The notes beneath the pieces were generated by a model, which was not told the origin of the DNA, searched no databases, and was given only the letters and a program-made list of their open reading frames with translations. Shown piece by piece: positions 57,579 to 64,000 of a stretch of DNA of 64,000 nucleotides. The first letter of the stretch is position 1. Every line of letters begins with the position of its first letter. The position numbers were made by a program, and so were the translations under genes. The stretch is from Thermoanaerobaculia bacterium. GTDB taxonomy: Bacteria > Acidobacteriota > Thermoanaerobaculia > Multivoradales > Multivoraceae. The stretch is from NCBI GenBank assembly GCA_963664405.1, contig OY761158.1:160001-224000 (forward strand), given 5' to 3'.

Positions 57579-58514
57579 TCACTCCCCGCTCGCTGCTCTG
57601 CGCAGCAGATCGAGGTTGGTATCGAACAGTGCGATGTAGTCGTCGGCTCCTTCGACTCCTCCCACGGACTGGGCCAATGTGACCAAGGCCGCCCCTGTCT
57701 CTCTAGCGACCAGGCTCGCCGTCTTCTTGTTGTAGAAGGCGGTCATCAGGATCACATCGACCCCGCGGGCTTTCATCGTCTCGGCGAGCCCGGCGATGTA
57801 ACGACCCGACGGAGCGATTCCCGGCTTCGGTTCGACGAAGGCGACCACTTCGAACCCGAACCGCTGCTCGAGATACGGCCACGAGTCGTGATACGCGACA
57901 ACCGGGAGACCCCGCAGAGACGCGGCTTCGCCCGCCCATCTTTCGATGGCGGTGTCCAACTTCTCGATAAAGGCCGCTAGATTCCTCGCATAGACCTCGG
58001 CGCCACCCGGGTCGACCCGTTCGAGACCTTCGGCGATGTTCCGAGCGATGATGCTCCCGTTGCCGGGATCCAGCCAGTAGTGAGGATTGCCGAAGGGGTG
58101 GATGTCCCCCATGCTGCGGTCTGCGTTGGATGGGATCTGAAGCTTGGAGATGCCGACCGAGGCATCGACATAGCCACTGGCACCCTTCTGGATCTTTCCG
58201 TTCCTGGAGTTGGTCAGCAGGCTCGGCGCCCATCCCTGCTCGAGCTCCATGCCAACTAGGACGAAGAGGTCGGCCCTCTGGAGCTTGACCAGATAGGAAG
58301 GTTTCCCGTCGACAAAGTGAGGGTCCTGATAACCCTTGGCGATGGAGCTCACCTTGCCTCTGGAGCCGACAATGCCTTCAGCGATCGAGGCGAGATCTGT
58401 CGTCGTCGTAACGATGTTGAGCTGAGCCGTGGCGGCGTGAGCCGCCGAAAGAAGGGCGGCCGCCAGAGAAAGAGTCTGGAGCCATCGGCACCGCGGAGTC
58501 GAAAGAATGCGCAT
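57579..58514 (-). CDS. Zn/Mn (cluster A-I) ABC substrate-binding protein
   Basis: Signal peptide, DPHF, GDIHPFGNPHYWLDP, YHDSWPY and EPKPGIAPS motifs. Start ATG 58514 (AGGAGG RBS). Confidence 0.92.
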   Translation of the reverse strand: MRILSTPRCRWLQTLSLAAALLSAAHAATAQLNIVTTTTDLASIAEGIVGSRGKVSSIAKGYQDPHFVDGKPSYLVKLQRADLFVLVGMELEQGWAPSLLTNSRNGKIQKGASGYVDASVGISKLQIPSNADRSMGDIHPFGNPHYWLDPGNGSIIARNIAEGLERVDPGGAEVYARNLAAFIEKLDTAIERWAGEAASLRGLPVVAYHDSWPYLEQRFGFEVVAFVEPKPGIAPSGRYIAGLAETMKARGVDVILMTAFYNKKTASLVARETGAALVTLAQSVGGVEGADDYIALFDTNLDLLRRAASGE

Positions 58515-58647
58515 GACCACCTCCTGCATGATCCGAGGCTGACGAGGCCTCGACGCCTAGGCGTCGGCGCAAGACCTCATCGCATGATCGGGTCGACGAA
58601 GCTCGCCCCACCGCCAGCGGAGAGACGAGGATCACTTCGAAGCCGAC

Positions 58648-59034
58648 TCAGGCAGGCGGTGCGCGTCCGGTGGGGCCGTCGATCGAAAGCGCGCTGCGGA
58701 GCGGCCCTGTGTAGCGCCCAAGCGGTTCTGATCTCGGCGGAAGGTCGCCGGCGCCGCGATTTGCAACAGGAGTACCCAGCCGGCGTACCATCGCCAGGCA
58801 GCCAGGACAAGCTTCGTGCTGCTCCACCGTAACCGGCACCAGATCTGGCTGCTCGGCGTGGTTGGAGTGCTTGGCGTCGGCAGTCAGGTCGTTGACGTGC
58901 TCGTGCCGCGCCAGGCTGCGTTCCCCCGCGTCATGATCGTGAACGACATCCTTGCCGAGGGCGACAACGGTCAGTGCAGCGAGCGCCGCGATGGCAAAGA
59001 CGCGCGAAAGTAGATCTTCTTCAGAGCGAAGCAT
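58648..59034 (-). CDS. DUF2946/CruR-like His-rich CxxC...RAPP leader protein
   Basis: Hydrophobic signal segment, 7 His, CPGC and C-terminal GRAPPA-stop; directly upstream of metal transport genes. Start ATG 59034. Confidence 0.75.
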   Translation of the reverse strand: MLRSEEDLLSRVFAIAALAALTVVALGKDVVHDHDAGERSLARHEHVNDLTADAKHSNHAEQPDLVPVTVEQHEACPGCLAMVRRLGTPVANRGAGDLPPRSEPLGRYTGPLRSALSIDGPTGRAPPA

Positions 59035-59100
59035 GGATCTCCCGTGATCCCTCCTTAGCCTATCAGGCCTCTTGTGCTTCCGGTTGCGCCCCCTCAAGCC

Positions 59101-59493
59101 CTATCCGCCGGGACTCCGCGACCAGGTCCTTATCGGCCCTTGTGGCCCATTGAGGATCAAGCTCGCTCCGCGCACACGAGTGCCAAGCGACGCCCCCGCC
59201 TCGATCCGCAATTGGCCGTTCGCGAGCCTCTCTACCTCGCTCCATACCCGACCGGCCGCGAAATCGGTCTCTGCCAGGCCGGCGTATCTAGCGTCGGCCG
59301 CGAGCGCCGCCCGGGTGTGGGCGACAGCGCTGTCGACCATCATCTCGAGGCGCACCCGCGCGGCCTCTCGGCGCTGATCGCGCATGCGTATTTGCAGCTC
59401 GAGAACGCTCAGCGACAGCGATATGCCGAGCAGGAAGAGGACGAAGATGGCCAAGAGCAGGGCATGTCCCTCCTCCCCCTTCCTTCGCCGCAT
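59101..59493 (-). CDS. PilX/GspK-like minor pseudopilin
   Basis: MRRRKGEEG|HALLLAIFVL: class III-like signal lacking Glu5. TGATG coupling to the upstream pilin. Confidence 0.65.
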   Translation of the reverse strand: MRRRKGEEGHALLLAIFVLFLLGISLSLSVLELQIRMRDQRREAARVRLEMMVDSAVAHTRAALAADARYAGLAETDFAAGRVWSEVERLANGQLRIEAGASLGTRVRGASLILNGPQGPIRTWSRSPGG

Positions 59494-60047
59494 CAAGGCG
59501 CCCCCCGCCGCAGCCAGACGCGAAGTCTCGACTCTCGCACCGTGGTGGTTGCCGTCATTCCACTCGGGACCCCGACGCGCGGGGCTCCGACGGCGCGGCT
59601 GAAGCGGACGCGAAAGGCGATGTCGACCAGATTTTCGCCGAGACGGCGCCAGCGCCACGAGACGACATCGCCCAGAATGCGCTGGCGGCTGATCTCCGCT
59701 CCATCGACGGAGACCAGGATGCGATAGAGCTCGTTACCCATCGAGAGCCATACGATCCGTTCTCCCTCGTCACCGACTACCGTCAGTCGACCGGCTCGCC
59801 AACCCGGCAACAACGCCGGAACTGCCGCCGCGCCTTCGAGGTCATGGCGCAGTCGAGCCAACGCATAGCGCGGCAGCGGGTTGCGTAGCTCGGCCTGAAC
59901 GCGAGAGATCTGGATCTGCGATTCCAGCAGCAGGCCGGTGGCTAGGCTCATGACCACCATCATCACCGCGGTCGACACCAGCAGTTCAACGACCGTGAAG
60001 CCGGCTTCAGCTAGTCGCCGCCGGCGTCCGAGCACGACTACTTGCAC
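59493..60047 (-). CDS. Prepilin-type (PilW/GspJ-like) protein
   Basis: RRRRLAEAG|FTVVELLVS methylation motif. Start uncertain (60035 or 60047). Confidence 0.8.
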   Translation of the reverse strand: MQVVVLGRRRRLAEAGFTVVELLVSTAVMMVVMSLATGLLLESQIQISRVQAELRNPLPRYALARLRHDLEGAAAVPALLPGWRAGRLTVVGDEGERIVWLSMGNELYRILVSVDGAEISRQRILGDVVSWRWRRLGENLVDIAFRVRFSRAVGAPRVGVPSGMTATTTVRESRLRVWLRRGAP

Positions 60048-60445
60048 GAGGCTCCCTGTTGCCAGATCTGGGTGTCGAGGCTGATGTCGTGCCATCCGCT
60101 TCTCTTGGCGCGCGATCGCGCCTGGACCCGTACCTGGCAGAGACCGGGTAGCTCACTTGCCCTGACCACCAGATTCATGCTGTGTAGCTCGCCGGTAGGC
60201 TCCACCCAGGCGAGTGCCGTATTCACCGGGCCACTCACAAGGGGGTGGGCTCCAGCTCGTAGGCTCTCCACCACCGCATGCGCATTTCTCAGCAGCTCGG
60301 CCTCGGCATCCAGGCCTCGACCGACGGCTTGAACCCGCCAGTGGATGCCCCCTCCTAGGAGCAGAGCGACGGCGACCACACTCGCGGCCACCAAGACTTC
60401 CAACAGAGTGAAGCCCCGCTCGGTGCTGCCGGCGACCTTTGCCAA
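60038..60445 (-). CDS. Prepilin-type (PilV/GspI-like) protein
   Basis: ERG|FTLLEVLVA motif. Confidence 0.82.
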   Translation of the reverse strand: MAKVAGSTERGFTLLEVLVAASVVAVALLLGGGIHWRVQAVGRGLDAEAELLRNAHAVVESLRAGAHPLVSGPVNTALAWVEPTGELHSMNLVVRASELPGLCQVRVQARSRAKRSGWHDISLDTQIWQQGASCK

Positions 60446-60449
60446 TCCC

Positions 60450-61235
60450 TCACCTCCACCGTAAGAGCCATGCTTCGAGCTTGCCGATCAGCGAGCTGAT
60501 GACAAGCCCCATCAGCGAGAGCACCAACACTCCGGCAAGAAGCCGATCGGTCTGCAAGAGGTGCCCGGCGGTGAGGATCAGCGCGCCAACCCCTCGCTCG
60601 GCACCGATCATTTCCGCCGCCACAACCAGAATCAGCGCGATTGAGGCTGAGATGCGAGCCCCGGAGAGGATGCCGGGAAGGGCCCCTGGCACCAAGATCT
60701 TGCGAACGATTGCCGAAGGCGGCAGCTCGAAAGCCTGGCCCATCCTGACCAGATTGCGTGGAACGGAGTCCACCGCACCGTAGGTGCTCACTGCAGTCGG
60801 GAAGAAGACTCCAAAGGCGATGGTCGCCACTTTGGAAGCCTCGCCGATGCCGAACCAAAGGATGAACAGAGGGAGAAGGGCAATCTTGGGGATCGGAAAG
60901 AGCGCCGAGACGAGCGGCAGGCCAACTGATCGCGACAAGGTGAAGATACCCATGGCCAGTCCGAGAGCGAGCCCTCCGGCGAATCCGAGAGTCCATCCTA
61001 CCGCGATGCGGCCAAGAGAAGCGGCCAGATGGCCCCAGATCTCCCCAGTCTGGACCAGCTCATAAAGAGAGCTCCCAACTCGAAGAGGACTGGGGAAGGA
61101 GAGCTCACTGACCAGGCCGAGCGCACTGCTTGCCTGCCAGCCGACGAGAAGAATGAGAAGGAAAGCCCAGGAGATGAGCGGCTTCGACTGCGGGAGGAAG
61201 CCGCCGCCACGAAAAAGCAGGCGGTGTACAGTCAA
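60450..61235 (-). CDS. NitT/TauT (SsuC-like) ABC transporter permease
   Basis: PSP..V, HLAASLGRI, PIPKIALLPLFILWFGIGE and VAAEMIGAERGVG motifs. Start re-called to about TTG 61235. Confidence 0.9.
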   Translation of the reverse strand: MTVHRLLFRGGGFLPQSKPLISWAFLLILLVGWQASSALGLVSELSFPSPLRVGSSLYELVQTGEIWGHLAASLGRIAVGWTLGFAGGLALGLAMGIFTLSRSVGLPLVSALFPIPKIALLPLFILWFGIGEASKVATIAFGVFFPTAVSTYGAVDSVPRNLVRMGQAFELPPSAIVRKILVPGALPGILSGARISASIALILVVAAEMIGAERGVGALILTAGHLLQTDRLLAGVLVLSLMGLVISSLIGKLEAWLLRWR

Positions 61236-61257
61236 TCGACGACTCCGGTTGACAGGG

Positions 61258-61771
61258 TCACCCGACGACCTCCCTGTTGGCGTCGACGGCCTCGTCGCGC
61301 AGCAATGCCCACAGCGACTCTTCGATCTCTCGCAGCTCGGCTCTCTCACCGGCTCGCGCCGAGCGCGGGATGTCGACCGGAATCCTGGCGCGAATGCGTG
61401 CCGGCCTCCCTTCGAGCGCTCGGGTGGAGGTGAACAACGCACCCACCTGCCAGGGTGTCTCCTGATGCACCCATCCCAGGATCTCTGCAGCACCGTCTCC
61501 GACCAGCGCCTTAGCAAGATGTGCCGGTAGCAGGGCTGCGTCGATACTGCCGCCGCGCAGCGCAGCGACCATATTGCTCACCGACTCGAGAGTGAGCAAT
61601 ACGACACTCTCGAGCTCGAAACCGCGCTTCTCGGCCAGAAACACCGGCGCCGACGACACGAATGGGAGTACCGCCACGACGACCTGGCTGCCTTGGTCTG
61701 TAGTCTCCGAGCGCCCGCAAGCCAGGACCGCCGCCAGCAAGCAGGCTCCAAGCGCCTGCCGACGCCGGAGG
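61258..61771 (-). pseudogene. Chimeric remnant: NitT/TauT substrate-binding protein fragments fused to an ABC ATPase C-terminal tail
   Basis: Lipobox VLAC and SSAPVFLAEKRGF, then an abrupt jump to NMVAALRGGSIDA...FTS, then RPARI..IPVDIPR...LWALLRDEA. No Walker motifs and no clear start. Confidence 0.65.
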
Positions 61772-61862
61772 CTAGCCCCGGAAAACGGGCCTGCGGCCCG
61801 TTTTCCGGCCCATCCCCCCCTAAGAACTACTCGCCTGTCCGAATTCTCGGACACGCTCCTAG
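61772..61862 (-). repeat. CTAG-bounded repeat, family B copy 2, with a perfect 14-bp hairpin
   Basis: Minus strand begins CTAGGAGCGTGTCCGAGAATTCGG. Plus-strand hairpin CCGGAAAACGGGCC-TGC-GGCCCGTTTTCCGG at 61778-61808. Confidence 0.6.
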
Positions 61863-62488
61863 AGATCATAGAAGCGCTCGTCGTGCCGGTCGACCAACGG
61901 CGCTCCCACAACATCGAGGAACGTTCCGACCATGCGATAGGTCAGCCCCCAGACGATGTGGCGATCGGGTCTTCCAACGAGAATCCCGGGGAAACTCTCT
62001 ACCGCATCCTCCAACTCGTACTGTACGCGGCTGGCCGGATCCGTGAGCGTAACGGCGGGCACCCAAAGCGCCTCTTCGACCTCTTGGCTGAGCTCGAGAG
62101 CCGGGGCCTTAGCCAGATAGTAAACATAGGCAGCGATGAAAGAGGCGGTGGAGTCACCGAATCGGCGCCCGCCCTGATCGTCGAGGCGGCCAAGCAGCTC
62201 GGCGCCGCCAAGATCGATCCCGACTTCTTCGCTGGTCTCTCTCTCAGCGGTATCTCGTAGGTCGCGGTCGGACTCTTCGACCCTCCCTCCAGGGAAAGCC
62301 ATCTGACCGGACCAGCGATCGCCTTCGCGTCGCGCCCGCTCGATGAACAAGACCTCCGGATCACTGCGCGCCCCGGTCAGAATCATGGCAACTGAGGCGA
62401 AGGGCATCTCGGGACCGCTCACCAGCTGCGGCCGGTGAACGCTGAGGGCACCGCGTACGTTGTCCACGTGGATCAATGGAGGGCTCAT
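61859..62488 (-). CDS. Nudix hydrolase, CoA pyrophosphatase type
   Basis: WSGQMAFPGG, TAERETSEEVG and VWGLTYR motifs. Confidence 0.9.
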   Translation of the reverse strand: MSPPLIHVDNVRGALSVHRPQLVSGPEMPFASVAMILTGARSDPEVLFIERARREGDRWSGQMAFPGGRVEESDRDLRDTAERETSEEVGIDLGGAELLGRLDDQGGRRFGDSTASFIAAYVYYLAKAPALELSQEVEEALWVPAVTLTDPASRVQYELEDAVESFPGILVGRPDRHIVWGLTYRMVGTFLDVVGAPLVDRHDERFYDL

Positions 62489-62524
62489 CTCTAGAGCTCT
62501 GAGCTTGCGCGACGGCTAGGCCGA

Positions 62525-63652
62525 CTAGACAAGTTCCTGAATGTACTTCTCCCTTGCCAGCCGCCAAAACACGACGAGGAACGCTGTCAGGGGAATCGCC
62601 AGGATCATGCCAAGGATCCCCCCCAGAGCACTACCCCAGAAGAAGATCGAGACCATGATGACCATCGGGTGTAGTCCGGTCTGCTCCCCCATGATGCGAG
62701 GAGTCAATAGATACCCTTCGATCAATTGGACTACAGCGAAGACGGCGACTACGGCGACCAGTGTTGTCCAGCCTCCCTGCTCCTGAAAGAAGGCGAGCGG
62801 GAGACACACAGCCAAACCGATCATGCTTCCTAGATAGGGAACGACATTGAGAAAACCGAGGACCAAGCCGAGAATAAAGCCGTACCGCAGGCCAGCGATC
62901 CCAAAGCCGAGCGCAAAAAGAAGCCCCTGGAGGAGCGCCACGAGCATCTGGCCGCGAAAAAACGAAACGATGATAGAGATGAATTCCTTCACCAGGTAGA
63001 CCACATCTTCCCGCGTCTCTGGCTTGAGAAAAGGGAGAGCGTTGTCGGCGAGTCTGCCTGGCGGGCGCATCATCAAGAAGAAGGCGAAATACACCGGGAG
63101 CACGGCCCAGCTGAACAGCTCTCCCACCGCCCGCATCACCTTGGCCCCGGCCGACACGGCCCCCCCTCCAAAAGTCTGGAGTCCGGATACGAGTGAGCTC
63201 ACTTGGCCCTCGAGAGCTGAACGAAGCCTCGCCTCGAGCCCGTAGCGCTCCCAGATCTCTGTCGCCAGGGGGATCCTCTCGAAGGCCCACGCCTTGGTCG
63301 AAGCGAACCACTCCGGGAGCCTACTGAAGAGCTCCTGTGCCTGAGAGGCAAGCACGGCTCCGAAGAAGGACAGCAGCAAGATCACCGGCAGAAGCAGCGA
63401 CGCGAAGACGAGGATCACTGCGAGCGCAGGTCTCAGTTTGAGCCGAGTCAGGAACCAGGCGTAGTAGGGCTTCACGACCAACGCAAGCACCCCAGCCACC
63501 GCCAAGGGTAGGAAGACCGAAGAGAAGGCCCTCAGGAACAGGCTGACGAGAAATGCGAGCGCCAGTAAAGCCGACACGATGACGCCCACCGAAAGTATCG
63601 TCACCGCTGCGACGATCGAGGTCTGCTGCCGGGTGCTGAACTCGAGAGGCAT
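62525..63652 (-). CDS. AI-2E family transporter
   Basis: Multi-TM protein with FFRGQ, VPYLGS, EGYLLTPRIMGEQTGLHP and GMILAIP motifs. Confidence 0.92.
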   Translation of the reverse strand: MPLEFSTRQQTSIVAAVTILSVGVIVSALLALAFLVSLFLRAFSSVFLPLAVAGVLALVVKPYYAWFLTRLKLRPALAVILVFASLLLPVILLLSFFGAVLASQAQELFSRLPEWFASTKAWAFERIPLATEIWERYGLEARLRSALEGQVSSLVSGLQTFGGGAVSAGAKVMRAVGELFSWAVLPVYFAFFLMMRPPGRLADNALPFLKPETREDVVYLVKEFISIIVSFFRGQMLVALLQGLLFALGFGIAGLRYGFILGLVLGFLNVVPYLGSMIGLAVCLPLAFFQEQGGWTTLVAVVAVFAVVQLIEGYLLTPRIMGEQTGLHPMVIMVSIFFWGSALGGILGMILAIPLTAFLVVFWRLAREKYIQELV

Positions 63653-63832
63653 CGGTAAAAGGTCCCGTGAGGGTCGACGCCTGGGAAGGCGAGGGGCGTA
63701 AAGCCAGTGAATAGTCTAGCAAAGGCGGGCGATCATATTGTGGTAATCTCTTGCCACGCACGCCTTTCTATAGGCACCAATTCCTGAAACTCCTTTCCTT
63801 TCCTACCCTCTGAGGCCGGCGCCTTGCAAGAA

Positions 63833-64000
63833 ATGACCGATATCTCCGCCCAGTCAGACCCCGAGGGAGACACTCCCGTGCAAAGCGGACCGGACGAGTC
63901 GCAAGAGGCCCCTCGAGCCTCCTCGCCCGATCCCGAGGACGCTTCTACTGCTGAGGCCACTCCACCGCCGAGCTCTGAAGACGCGACACAAACAGCTCCC
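63833..64000 (+). CDS. 5' end of an unidentified protein with an acidic low-complexity N-terminus (runs off the window)
   Basis: ATG 63833 is open to the window end (MTDISAQSDPEGDTPVQSGPDESQE...). TGGTAATCT at 63741-63749 lies upstream. Confidence 0.5.
   Translation, partial: MTDISAQSDPEGDTPVQSGPDESQEAPRASSPDPEDASTAEATPPPSSEDATQTAP

Overview
A GC-rich bacterial chromosomal segment, most likely from Acidobacteriota (inferred from the acidobacterial-type VWA protein and the gene content). It is densely coding and lies mostly on the minus strand. Housekeeping content: ybeY/7TM-HD/phoH/tsaE/nnr; thiD-lgt; cinA-plsY-gpsA-guaA; tRNA-Arg(CCT); an envelope cluster lolC/E-lolD-clpC-bamA-skp-lpxD-fabZ-lpxA; nucleoside salvage genes; cca; kynU-kynB; grxC and a peroxiredoxin. 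No transposase, integrase, prophage or CRISPR array was seen. Four things stand out. (1) A metal-uptake module at 55.4-59.0 kb: a His-rich CxxC...RAPP leader whose RAPP codons are complementary to the downstream Shine-Dalgarno, a ZnuA-like binding protein, and one ORF fusing a ZnuB-like inner-membrane permease, through an internal signal-peptidase-like site, to an outer-membrane beta-barrel. No ATPase gene is present. (2) CTAG-bounded palindromic elements beside stop codons, including two ~166-nt copies with compensatory covariation. (3) An ECF sigma/anti-sigma/periplasmic-sensor cassette heading three RND permeases, two of them tandem paralogs, with one adaptor. (4) Scars of in-frame deletions: a 23-codon thpR-like remnant and a collapsed NitT/TauT binding-protein/ATPase chimera. 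Several start codons were re-called from the ORF track using RBS and overlap evidence. All family assignments come from motif recognition, not database searches.
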